Shown piece by piece: positions 1 through 9,010 of a stretch of DNA of 64,000 bases. The stretch is taken from assembly GCA_963737635.1 (NCBI GenBank), contig CAVTTL010000001.1, positions 1,088,001 to 1,152,000 on the forward strand. The letters are read 5' to 3'. A program made the position numbers and the translations under genes. Below the pieces are notes generated by a model. That model did no database searches. It was not told the origin of the DNA and worked only from the letters and a program-made list of their open reading frames with translations. This DNA is from an uncultured Methanoregulaceae archaeon. GTDB lineage: Archaea; Halobacteriota; Methanomicrobia; Methanomicrobiales; Methanospirillaceae. Every line of letters begins with the position of its first letter. Position 1 is the first letter of the stretch.

Positions 1-665
1 CCGTGCACGACCATCGCCCGGGAGACCCCCAGAATACGCAAAACCTCAGCGACCGTCCCGGTGAGGTCTTTTGTATAGACGCCCAGCACCTGCGCGTTTG
101 CTCCTGCAGGGTTTGCAAGTGGACCAAGGAGGTTAAAAACAGTCCGGCAGCCAATATCCTGCCGGGCTTTCATCACGTGTTTCATGGCCGGGTGGTGGTT
201 GGGGGCAAAGAGAAAACAGATCCCGATATCCTGTACTATGTCCGCCTGCCGGCCCGGATTTACTCCAATAGTGACGCCAAGAGCGGAGAGTACATCTGCC
301 GATCCGCACCGGCTGCTTACGCCCCGGTTGCCGTGTTTGACGACCGGAACGCCGGCCCCTGCGGCAACAAAAGCGGCGGCAGTACTGATATTGAAGGTCT
401 GTGCCCCGTCACCTCCTGTGCCACAGGTATCGACCAGCGTCCCGGGAACCCGCGGCTTTATGCTGATCGCATGGTTCCGCATGACGCGGGCAAATGCTGC
501 GATTTCTTCCGGTGTCTCGCCTTTCACGCGGAGTGCTGTCAGGAACCCTCCGATCTGGGCCGGCGTTGCCTTCCCTTCCATGATCTCATTCATGACTTTG
601 GCCGCTTCGCCGGGTACAAGGTCCCGCCCTTCCACGACCGCTGCGATGGCATCCTTCATGATCAT
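1..665 (-). CDS. trpD: Anthranilate phosphoribosyltransferase (partial, runs off window start)
   Basis: Manual translation [16 protein letters not shown]...[49 protein letters not shown]; ATGA overlap with trpG stop. Confidence 0.97.
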   Translation of the reverse strand, partial: MIMKDAIAAVVEGRDLVPGEAAKVMNEIMEGKATPAQIGGFLTALRVKGETPEEIAAFARVMRNHAISIKPRVPGTLVDTCGTGGDGAQTFNISTAAAFVAAGAGVPVVKHGNRGVSSRCGSADVLSALGVTIGVNPGRQADIVQDIGICFLFAPNHHPAMKHVMKARQDIGCRTVFNLLGPLANPAGANAQVLGVYTKDLTGTVAEVLRILGVSRAMVVH

Positions 666-1255
666 GCAGTCTCCTTCCGTTGTCCGAAGAGGAAATTTCT
701 CATAAGCGCATCGCCATTGTGTGACAGGATGCTCTCCGGGTGGAACTGCACGCCTTCGATGGGAAATTTCGTATGCCGCACTCCCATGACAAAACCGTCA
801 TCAAGGCTTTCTGCGACGACTTCCAGTTCAGGAGGAAGCGTCTCCTTTTGCGCGACAAGGGAATGGTAGCGGGTGGCGGTAAACGGTGTCGGCAGGCCAG
901 CATATACCCCCTTGCTGTCGTTTTTTATCTCAGAGGTCATCCCGTGCATCAGGTGCCCCGACCGGACGACCCGGCCGCCAAAAGCGGTGCAGATGGCTTG
1001 GTGCCCGAGGCAAACACCGAGAGTCGGGACGGTTTTACTCATCGTATTGAGGACTTCAAGGCAGACACCGGAGTCTTCCGGTGTGCCGGGCCCGGGCGAG
1101 AGAATGATCCGGTCGCAGCAGGTCTTTTCAAGCTTCGAAAGAGGTGTGTCGCAGGTAAACACTACGGGCCGGGCGCCGAGCTTTCCCACCTGCTGGTACA
1201 GGTTGAACGTGAAACTATCGTAACAGTCAACGATGAGTACGGTTGGGATATTCAT
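662..1255 (-). CDS. trpG: Anthranilate synthase component II (glutamine amidotransferase)
   Basis: [32 protein letters not shown] motifs; ATGA overlap with trpE. Confidence 0.96.
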   Translation of the reverse strand: MNIPTVLIVDCYDSFTFNLYQQVGKLGARPVVFTCDTPLSKLEKTCCDRIILSPGPGTPEDSGVCLEVLNTMSKTVPTLGVCLGHQAICTAFGGRVVRSGHLMHGMTSEIKNDSKGVYAGLPTPFTATRYHSLVAQKETLPPELEVVAESLDDGFVMGVRHTKFPIEGVQFHPESILSHNGDALMRNFLFGQRKETA

Positions 1256-2778
1256 GGTACTACCCCGGACTGTTCGATTGCCCTCATCATCGCGGCAGCC
1301 TTGTTCTCGGTCTCGGTCCACTCGTTCTCCGGCACCGAGTCAGCGACGATCCCGGCACCAGCCTGGATGTACGCCCGTGCGTTTTTGACACTCACAGTAC
1401 GGATCGCGATGGCAAACTCGAGGTTCCGGTCAAAGCCAATATAGCCAACGGCACCGGCGTAGATCCCCCGTGCGTCCGGTTCGGTCTCGCTGATGATCTG
1501 CAGGGCCCGGATCTTCGGTGCACCCGAGACCGTTCCTGCCGGGAAGCAGGATTTGAGCGCATCGTAGCAGTCGAGGTGATCCATGAGCATACCGTGCACG
1601 GTCGAGACCATGTGCTGGACATGAGAGAACTTTTCTATACCCATGAATTCGGTGACATCGACCGACCCGAACTTGCAGACCCTGCCGATATCATTTCGTG
1701 CGAGATCGACAAGCATCGTGTGCTCGGCCCGCTCTTTTTTGTCGACCAGCAGTTCCTGTGCAAGCCGTTTGTCTTCGCTGCTGTCGAGGCCTCGGGGCCG
1801 GGTGCCGGCAATAGGGACGGTCGTCACTCGTCGTTTCTCCACCCGCACGAGCATCTCCGGGCTCGCTCCAATTACCTGCTCGTCCCCGAAATCAAGGTAG
1901 TACATGTATGGGCTCGGGTTAATCTTCCGCAAGGCAGCATAAATCGGGAACGGGTCTGAAGCCACCGCACACTCCATTCTTCGCGAAAGCACAGCCTGGA
2001 AGATGTCACCGGCCACGATATGGTCTTTTATCCCATTGACCGCTTGCATGAACGCTTCGCGGCCGGTGTTGTCCGTAACCCCGGGAGGTTTTCTGGCATT
2101 TTTATTTGTTTTTTGCGACGGTGTTTCCGGCGCTGCCGATGCGCCAGCAATAGATGCAATCCGGCCGGCAAGTTCAGCGATATGAGCGGTACAGCGCTGG
2201 TATTCAGCCGTCGGATCGGTATCGTAGGTCAGAAACGGGCTGGAGAAGACAAAAAGCCTGCGATCCCGGTGATCGAAGACAATACAGTCTTTGGTTAGCA
2301 TGAAACGGGCATCGGGAGTCACCTGCGGGGAATGATTCCGGTGATCCGGTACCCGGTCGAAGAGCGCATGAACGATATCGTAGGAGAAGTACCCGACCAT
2401 TCCTCCGAAGAACCGCGGGGCCCTGAGATTGACATAATGGAACCGTGAAAGGATAGACCGGATCCGGTCGACCGGGTTTGATCCTTCAGGTTCGCGGGCA
2501 ATAGCGACAAACGCATCGCTTCCTGTGACAGATATGTCTTGGCCGAGGGTAATTACGCATGCAGGATCGAGCCCGACGTAAGAGTAACGGGCGATCTTTT
2601 CGCTTCCCTCCATGGATTCAAGAAGGAATCCGGTGCCTGTCCGGGTTTTCAAAAATACCTCAAGAGGCGAGCACTGCGGAAACGGGAGTTCGGCGCAGAG
2701 AGGGATCACCAGCGGCTTCGGCTGGTCGGTTACTGCAGTAAGGTATTCCTCTAGTCCGAGGTTAAGTTTAGTTTGCAT
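1252..2778 (-). CDS. trpE: Anthranilate synthase component I
   Basis: LLES, NPSPYM, PIAGTRPRG, EHTMLVDLARND, GTVSGAPKIRA motifs. Confidence 0.97.
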   Translation of the reverse strand: MQTKLNLGLEEYLTAVTDQPKPLVIPLCAELPFPQCSPLEVFLKTRTGTGFLLESMEGSEKIARYSYVGLDPACVITLGQDISVTGSDAFVAIAREPEGSNPVDRIRSILSRFHYVNLRAPRFFGGMVGYFSYDIVHALFDRVPDHRNHSPQVTPDARFMLTKDCIVFDHRDRRLFVFSSPFLTYDTDPTAEYQRCTAHIAELAGRIASIAGASAAPETPSQKTNKNARKPPGVTDNTGREAFMQAVNGIKDHIVAGDIFQAVLSRRMECAVASDPFPIYAALRKINPSPYMYYLDFGDEQVIGASPEMLVRVEKRRVTTVPIAGTRPRGLDSSEDKRLAQELLVDKKERAEHTMLVDLARNDIGRVCKFGSVDVTEFMGIEKFSHVQHMVSTVHGMLMDHLDCYDALKSCFPAGTVSGAPKIRALQIISETEPDARGIYAGAVGYIGFDRNLEFAIAIRTVSVKNARAYIQAGAGIVADSVPENEWTETENKAAAMMRAIEQSGVVP

Positions 2779-2802
2779 AGTATCAGTTTCTTCTCTGTTA
2801 CA

Positions 2803-2895
2803 TCACCAGCAGCCGGATTTCGCGAAGACGGCTAAGGGAGGAACGTGTAGTGTTTTCTTCCCTGTAACCGCTAAATCCGATTTCTGAAGATTCAT
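2803..2895 (-). CDS. Putative trp leader peptide, 30 aa (MNLQKSDLAVTGKKTLHVPPLAVFAKSGCW*)
   Basis: ATG at 2895, single Trp codon immediately before TGA; in frame with and 24 nt upstream of trpE; below the ORF-track size cut-off. Confidence 0.45.
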   Translation of the reverse strand: MNLQKSDLAVTGKKTLHVPPLAVFAKSGCW

Positions 2896-2939
2896 AAGGA
2901 TTCTCAATTACAGATTTGATGCTTAGTTTTGGTTGTTAT

Positions 2940-2955
2940 TGTACATATTTATACA
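2940..2955. promoter_or_regulatory. TrpY-type TRP box pair (TGTACA-N4-TATACA) overlapping a minus-strand TATA box (TATAAATA, 2946-2953)
   Basis: Matches the TGTACA TRP-box consensus known for TrpY in Methanothermobacter; lies upstream of trpE. Confidence 0.7.
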
Positions 2956-3073
2956 TTGTTGTTATATTATGGCAAAAGTCACAAAAACAGCTACCCACTT
3001 TGCGTCTCGACGTATGAAAGAAGGATATTGCCGGAACCCTGACAATCGAGTAAAGAGAAGAAAAAAGGAAGAG

Positions 3074-3445
3074 TTACTCTATTTTTATGCCACGGTTACG
3101 GAGTGCTTCTGCCTTCTTCTTCGAGCATTCCTCACATCGGAACTCAGGGGCTGCATCGTTGCTTTTATCGTAATCCCCGGATCGAACCAGCCGGTACCCC
3201 CGTGCAACCCTACCACAGTCCACACAAGTAATATTCTCTTTTACCTCCCACTGCGTCGCAAACGACTGGGATGTGAAGATGAACTGGTCCACCCAGAAGA
3301 AGATCAGGCCGCCAATAATGTTTGCAATAATAGCAGCGACGAGGTACCCCATCCCTGCAAGGAGGATGCCGACACCGGCAAGGATCGGCGTACTTGCCTG
3401 CCACCGGAGCAGGTAAAGTGCATACCGCTTGAAATTGATCCGCAT
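3074..3445 (-). CDS. Small membrane protein with C-terminal zinc finger (CxxC...CxxC)
   Basis: Two hydrophobic segments, then CVDC and CEEC. Confidence 0.8.
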   Translation of the reverse strand: MRINFKRYALYLLRWQASTPILAGVGILLAGMGYLVAAIIANIIGGLIFFWVDQFIFTSQSFATQWEVKENITCVDCGRVARGYRLVRSGDYDKSNDAAPEFRCEECSKKKAEALRNRGIKIE

Positions 3446-3558
3446 ACAGGAATCATTGGATCCGAGTATTAAAGGAATTGTGCAATTCCTTCGTGCAGTG
3501 GATGAGGACTATATACTCCGCCGACAAAATACTAATAATACACTTGATGTGAGTATCC

Positions 3559-4152
3559 ATGTGGCCGAATAAGCAGCACTCGCTCGGGTGGGTTTTTGTT
3601 TCGCGGATGATTGGAATCATCTGTTTCCTGATCATCGTCGTGCTGGCAAATATCCTGACATTTTATGTGACAAATCCACTTTACCATGCGGGGGTTGATT
3701 TTCTTAACCTGAATTTCTGGCTGCTGATGCTCATCGGTATCATTATTTTTGTCGGCGACATTTTCGGGGCGTTTCCCTTCCCGCTGAACCTGCCAGCCCC
3801 GATCATAAAGGCAATTGGTAGCGTCTTTATCATCGCGTTCGTGCTCCGGGTTTTCGAATGGGTAGACACGGCAACCGGGAACAACATCTACCATTTCTTC
3901 TGGCTGCTTTCCTTTGTGATCGTCCCGATTGTCTTCATAATAGTACTTCTGGCGGGGTACTATGAAATAATCTGCGAACTTTGGGCAAAAGCCAGAATCC
4001 GTGACGAATCTGAAACAGTGGTCCACGCTGCTGACTCCACTCCCTTTATCCAGTCTTCAGCACCGAAATCGTGGGATGACGTGAGTGCAGAATTACGGAT
4101 GATGCTGTACGAGATCATCCACCGGTTCAGGGAAGAGATCAGGAAACATTGA
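3559..4152 (+). CDS. Hypothetical multi-pass membrane protein
   Basis: About 4 TM segments plus a helical C-terminal tail. Confidence 0.8.
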   Translation: MWPNKQHSLGWVFVSRMIGIICFLIIVVLANILTFYVTNPLYHAGVDFLNLNFWLLMLIGIIIFVGDIFGAFPFPLNLPAPIIKAIGSVFIIAFVLRVFEWVDTATGNNIYHFFWLLSFVIVPIVFIIVLLAGYYEIICELWAKARIRDESETVVHAADSTPFIQSSAPKSWDDVSAELRMMLYEIIHRFREEIRKH

Positions 4153-4200
4153 ATCCGGTTGTAGAGTCTGGAGAATCTTGGGAATGGTATAATTATCTCT

Positions 4201-4434
4201 CTACCAATCCGGATTTTCCTCTCTGAATTTCTTTTCTTTTTCTGTGAGTTCTTCAGCGGAAAGGTGTGCAGGCATACAGATGCAGCGATGTTCGATAAAA
4301 ATGCCTTTCCTGAAGCTTCCCTGTGATTCTCCGGTGCGACAGGCGCCATATATGTCAATGTCACAGTCGTGGTAGACCTGCGGGAGATTTTTTTCACGGG
4401 CACATGCCAGCGCTTCATGCCACGATGCAGCCAT
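4201..4434 (-). CDS. Hypothetical 77-aa Cys/His-containing protein
   Basis: Fills an otherwise empty gap, natural composition, 5 Cys. Confidence 0.7.
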   Translation of the reverse strand: MAASWHEALACAREKNLPQVYHDCDIDIYGACRTGESQGSFRKGIFIEHRCICMPAHLSAEELTEKEKKFREENPDW

Positions 4435-4524
4435 GATTGCACTATTGCAGGATCAGGTAATATAACCGAGTAATGAAGCACACGGTATAACCAGAATACT
4501 AAAAAAAGAACAAATTTAATGTAA

Positions 4525-4704
4525 TTAGAACCGGGGTTTCCGGTGCTTTGGCAGGCAGTCCCTGCAGTAAACCGGCCTTCCCTCTGTTGGCTTGAAAGGA
4601 ACTTCGCACTCTTTTCCACAGTCAGAACAGACTGTTTTTGTCATTTCTCTGGGACCGAAATTTCTCGGGCCACCAAATCCTTTTCTTTCCATTGTATTAC
4701 TCAT
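4525..4704 (-). CDS. CxxC-x17-CxxC zinc-ribbon protein (alternative start 4692)
   Basis: Manual translation MERKGFGGPRNFGPREMTKTVCSDCGKECEVPFKPTEGRPVYCRDCLPKHRKPRF*; TTTATA box at 4742-4747 (minus); absent from ORF track. Confidence 0.93.
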   Translation of the reverse strand: MSNTMERKGFGGPRNFGPREMTKTVCSDCGKECEVPFKPTEGRPVYCRDCLPKHRKPRF

Positions 4705-4791
4705 GCAGTTTATATCTGCACATATTCATCACACTATTCAGTATAAATACATCTGCATCGGATCACGATTTCCAGCCGATCCTACGTAATT

Positions 4792-5919
4792 TCAGGGAAT
4801 AATCTCGCAACCATTGAATTTCTCATGGGCAAAATCCGAAAGGTGGATACGATTTGATGCTATAAGGGCCCGTACGCGGGGGAGAGCATCGGTGAGCGCT
4901 TCGTGCAGGTTTTTCACGGTTCCGCATACCAGCCGACGACCAGTCTGGTTCCATGGCTGCATTATGGCAGAGTAGAGGCAGCGCCCGCCGCAGAATGTGC
5001 TGATGGAACAGGTTGTACATTCGCCACTTACCGTAATCCGGGGCAGGTGCTGCGGATCTGCATTCCTGATATGGCCGACATAATAGGTTCTCATCCCGAT
5101 CATTATCGGACACGGTGCGATGTTGCCATCAGTCATGATCGCATAATTTGCATGGCCTGCCCCACACCGAAGGAGGCTATCCCTCCCGTGCAGAAGATCT
5201 TCCATTGGATCGATGAAAGGGTACCAGCGCCTGACCCGGCTGCACTGCTCCATGTCATCGACCCAGGCATTGACAAGAGCACGGATGCCCGGATTATAAT
5301 TTTTGTCTGCCCACTCTGCAAACTGGCGGCGGGAAAGATCCCGGGAGAAGTTTGCATCCATCTGCCAGTGAATTGAAGTAAAGGAGTATTCCGGATTTTC
5401 TGCAAGGTACCGGACCGCGTCGAAAATATCGGTGTGCTCGGTTACCGTCATCCGCGCGATCAGTTCGCCGCGATAGTCGTTTGACCGGATTTTTTTTACG
5501 TTCTCCATCACCCGGGAAAAAACGCCAGCTCCCCGGTTCTCATCGGTGAGGGTTTCGCGCCCGTCAAGCGAGACAAGGATCGTCGAGAACCGGTTAACGG
5601 TCTCCGGGGCAAGCCGGTCGAGAAGGATGCCGTTTGTCTGGATCATAAACTGTTGCACCGGCGCTTCACGGACAATCCGTTCGACCAGTGCTGCCCGAAG
5701 GAGTGGTTCGCCACCATAAAAAGTGAGAGTAGGTGCGGGGTCCCGTGCAAGGAACCGGTAGAGCAGCTCGGGATCGTAACTGAGGTCAGGTGAGAGATCT
5801 GCGTCAATCTCTATCTTCCCTGTTTCGGGAGCTGCCGCGTCTTCCACCTCAAATGCCTTTGCCCGGCAGTACCGGCAGCAAAGGTTGCAGTCATCAGTAA
5901 GGATGAGATGGAAGTACAT
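4792..5919 (-). CDS. Radical SAM/SPASM protein, probably AF0577 (TIGR04084-like) family
   Basis: CNLCCRYC (CxxxCxxC), FYGGEPLL, SPASM Cys CGAG..PCP..CTTC..CGGRC, C-terminal GCEIIP. Confidence 0.88.
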   Translation of the reverse strand: MYFHLILTDDCNLCCRYCRAKAFEVEDAAAPETGKIEIDADLSPDLSYDPELLYRFLARDPAPTLTFYGGEPLLRAALVERIVREAPVQQFMIQTNGILLDRLAPETVNRFSTILVSLDGRETLTDENRGAGVFSRVMENVKKIRSNDYRGELIARMTVTEHTDIFDAVRYLAENPEYSFTSIHWQMDANFSRDLSRRQFAEWADKNYNPGIRALVNAWVDDMEQCSRVRRWYPFIDPMEDLLHGRDSLLRCGAGHANYAIMTDGNIAPCPIMIGMRTYYVGHIRNADPQHLPRITVSGECTTCSISTFCGGRCLYSAIMQPWNQTGRRLVCGTVKNLHEALTDALPRVRALIASNRIHLSDFAHEKFNGCEIIP

Positions 5920-6049
5920 GCAAAGATTCCTGTTATTGTGGGAAGCGAAAAACCATAAATTTGCATGCCTCCCGTGAAGAATTCGTTCTCATAAAGGGAA
6001 TCTGTATTAAACCGGTGCCTTAACCAATAGATCAGGGAGGGTGATACCA

Positions 6050-6892
6050 ATGCCAAAGCGTGAAACGGTTCCAGGATTCCGGTGGGATGCTGCTGATTAT
6101 GCACAGAGTTCCCCGGCGCAGAAACAGTGGGCGCGAGAGCTGATCCAAAAAATTAACCTGTCCGGCAGCGAGAGGGTCCTTGATATCGGTTGCGGCGATG
6201 GTACGGTGACTGCCGCGATCGCAGAATGTGTTCCCGACGGCTCTGTTCTTGGCATCGATCATTCACCTGATATGATCAGGTTTGCGTCTGGACAATTCCC
6301 CAGTGATGCGTATCCCAACCTGTCGTTTGTGGAAGGGGACGCCCAGACCCTCGGGTTTCTTGAGGAATTTGACATCATCTTTTCAAACGCCGCACTCCAC
6401 TGGGTATACGATCACGGCCCTGTCCTTTCCGGGATCGCCCGGGCGCTCAGGCACGGAGGACGCATGGTGGTTCAGATGGGGGGAAAAGGCAACGCAGCAC
6501 AGATTTTCGAGGCTCTTGATATGCTCCTTACCGATAGCACGTGGGGTCGGTATTTTGAGGGATTTTCATTCCGTTACGGTTTCTTTGCCCCTCCGGAGTA
6601 TCGGCTGTGGCTTGAAATGGCAGGTCTTGAGCCGATCTGTGTTGAGTTGATCCCGAAAGATATGATATACCCCGCCCGCGAAGGGTTTTGCCGGTGGCTC
6701 CGGACTACCTGGCTTCCGTACCTGGAGCAGGTACCTGAGGATCTTCGCCCGGAATTTGTCACGTCACTTGCTGATCAGGTTCTTGCATTGTACCCGCCGG
6801 ATCCGGATGGCGCTGTTCACGTGAAGATGATGCGGCTTGAAGTTGAGGCAAGAAAATCCTCTTCGTCGGCGGAATGCTTTCGTAACGTATAA
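6050..6892 (+). CDS. Class I SAM-dependent methyltransferase (trans-aconitate methyltransferase-like)
   Basis: VLDIGCGDG, FSNAALHWV. Confidence 0.9.
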   Translation: MPKRETVPGFRWDAADYAQSSPAQKQWARELIQKINLSGSERVLDIGCGDGTVTAAIAECVPDGSVLGIDHSPDMIRFASGQFPSDAYPNLSFVEGDAQTLGFLEEFDIIFSNAALHWVYDHGPVLSGIARALRHGGRMVVQMGGKGNAAQIFEALDMLLTDSTWGRYFEGFSFRYGFFAPPEYRLWLEMAGLEPICVELIPKDMIYPAREGFCRWLRTTWLPYLEQVPEDLRPEFVTSLADQVLALYPPDPDGAVHVKMMRLEVEARKSSSSAECFRNV

Positions 6893-6976
6893 ACGATCTC
6901 ACCGGCAACTCACTCTTTAATTGCCGATGAGAACTTTGGAAGCGGCGTATACCGGGGATTTAATTCAGTGGGGAAA

Positions 6977-7591
6977 ATGAGTAACTCAGAAAACGCATTG
7001 ACCGGGCTCGGTATTATCGTGCTCCTCCTTGTGATCATCGTAATCGGTTATATCGTGTTGTCTCTCTCCGCCCCGAGCACCGTCTTGGGAAGAGGAGTGC
7101 TTCATACCTATGTGAGTGAAACCGGCAATCTGCTGCGCAGCGTCGGACCGGTGACTGTTTTTTCCGCGGAGAATGGGACACTTTCGGGTGTTGATGTCCG
7201 GTACCCGAATCCTGACCCGCATCGTATGGGATCGGCTGAACTGAACGTTGCTCTCTTTATCGGGAGTGTGGGGGGCATGGATTTCAGTAAGGTTCGTGTC
7301 GTCTGGATAAGTAACGGAATTGTTGAAACGATCCCACGAAATGATATGCATCCTCTTCTCTGCCCGGGCTGGACGATCGTCCACAAATATAATGAAATCC
7401 AGTTGAAGAGTGCGAAGGGGAATGATATCCTTGATCCAGGCGAACAGTTCGAAATCTTTGCATGCCCGTCAAACACTACTGCACCGTACCAGCAGTTTTC
7501 GCTGTTGATCTCCCCGCCGGGCACTATTGTCCTACCTGTGGTAAGTACCTCCGCTCCGTTCATGGTGCAGCCGATTGTGAGACTCATGTGA
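6977..7591 (+). CDS. Archaellin/pilin-like protein with class III signal peptide
   Basis: MSNSENA|LTGLGIIVLLLVIIVIG N-terminus; DILDPGEQFEI and PYQQFSLLISPPG archaellin-like C-terminus. Confidence 0.75.
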   Translation: MSNSENALTGLGIIVLLLVIIVIGYIVLSLSAPSTVLGRGVLHTYVSETGNLLRSVGPVTVFSAENGTLSGVDVRYPNPDPHRMGSAELNVALFIGSVGGMDFSKVRVVWISNGIVETIPRNDMHPLLCPGWTIVHKYNEIQLKSAKGNDILDPGEQFEIFACPSNTTAPYQQFSLLISPPGTIVLPVVSTSAPFMVQPIVRLM

Positions 7592-7960
7592 CCTCCAAGA
7601 CCCGGCTTCCCCTGCTGACCAAGCTTACCTGTTTCTGTAATACGGTGGTCTGATACCTCAGGAACGTCTTTGATTTTCAGGTGCCGCAGGTGAGTGCAGG
7701 GTACCGCGCTCTGGGGTCTTTTTTGCGCGACAGCATAATCGATGTGATAATGCATATTACACTTTAATACGGGGTTATTTCGGCAAACCGAGCAGAATAA
7801 TGACTCTTTTAATCGGGGTTATTAGTGCGCCACAATGCCGAAAATACCAGTGATAATATGGCCGAATTTGATATTTCGACGTGCTTTCGACGGAAACCTT
7901 TTATATTATCAGGCGGCAACTCTCATTATCAAAACCCAAATGTGGTTTTGAGGTGTTTAA

Positions 7961-8176
7961 ATGGGACAGAAAATTGGAAAAGAAAAGATCCAGCGTGAAA
8001 AGGGATTCCTGTACTTCATTGGCAAGGACGGATACGTCTGGGCAGCCCCGATGAAGCACAACAAGACCGGCAAAAAGAAGAAAGTCGGTACTGAAAAGAT
8101 TGCCAAAGAAAAAGGCTTCATGTACTACATTGGCAAAGACGGATTCGTCGCAAAAGCCAAGATGAAAAACGCATAA
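7961..8176 (+). CDS. Small basic CC1-like chromatin/nucleic-acid-binding protein
   Basis: Two repeats of KI.(R/K)EKGF.Y(F/Y)IGKDG; Lys-rich; TATA 7899-7906; SD GAGGTG 7950-7955. Confidence 0.8.
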   Translation: MGQKIGKEKIQREKGFLYFIGKDGYVWAAPMKHNKTGKKKKVGTEKIAKEKGFMYYIGKDGFVAKAKMKNA

Positions 8177-8199
8177 TCAATCATCTTTTATTCATTTGC

Positions 8200-8238
8200 A
8201 GCCAGGCACAATGCCGGAAAATCCGGTACTGTCTGGCT
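8200..8238. terminator. Imperfect GC-rich stem-loop after the CC1-like gene
   Basis: AGCCAGGCA..GCCGGA-AAA-TCCGGT..TGTCTGGCT. Confidence 0.35.
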
Positions 8239-9010
8239 CCACATGGTATTTCCCGGACGGTAACGTCTCTCTTGGTTATCGGAACTATCCCATCGTCAGA
8301 AAGAGATCCTCTTTTAGATCTGGAAGCCGGCCAATGATTATAGAATGTTGTATAAACTATTGAGAAATCATTGGTTGCTATTTATACCCCTTTGTTTCCA
8401 CTGGAAAACTCAAAAATTTAGTTCGAATTCTCAAAATTCTCTTTGTAAATGAAGATTACTAAAATCAAAAAAGAATGGATCTCCAACGGCAACAGCTACT
8501 TTTCCATTAGAAAATTCCTTCGATTATTTAACGAATACCTGTACTCTTCCGAGAAGCATGCCGTTTTATCCTGATTAATGAAGGCCCGGTTCAACCGATT
8601 CTGGACCGCATAATGGGCATAACTGGCCCGGGTACTCCCCCGAAGTACGCCGCCGGAGTGATTCAGGACGTGTTCGATGCCGGACTGGTCTAATCTCACG
8701 GCATTCACCCCCGTTCCTTGAGCTGTTCAGCAACGACCCTGAGAGCGAGGGGGTGTGTAGTTGAAGGATAGGGATCGGGTGAGTTCAAGGCGGGTTTGAG
8801 AAGAACAAGTTTTCCTTCCTGTAACCAAGAGCAGTTGTCCGTTGCGGTGAGAACGTGTTGCGGATGCAGGAGGAGAGAGGATCGTGAACGCCATCCGTTA
8901 TGATGCCATTTACAAAGACCGGTTTCATGGACGGAATGTTTGGGACCGGTTATTAAAAAGAATACGCCAAGTCTGCCAACGATCTTCCAGGCAGGAATCG
9001 CAAAAACCTA

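Noticed and set aside
2803-2805. UGA as selenocysteine in a leader-TrpE fusion
   Set aside because: No SECIS or sel genes seen, and TrpE is complete from 2778
3-2887. Long + strand ORFs opposite trpDGE (and similar antisense ORFs throughout)
   Set aside because: Shadow frames of well-supported genes; no motifs
7108-7755. 215-aa minus-strand ORF
   Set aside because: Mostly antisense to the archaellin-like gene; no recognisable features
2852-8826. 16/18-nt match between trp leader (2852-2869) and intergenic 8809-8826
   Set aside because: Short, pyrimidine-rich, same orientation and no flanking similarity; compatible with chance
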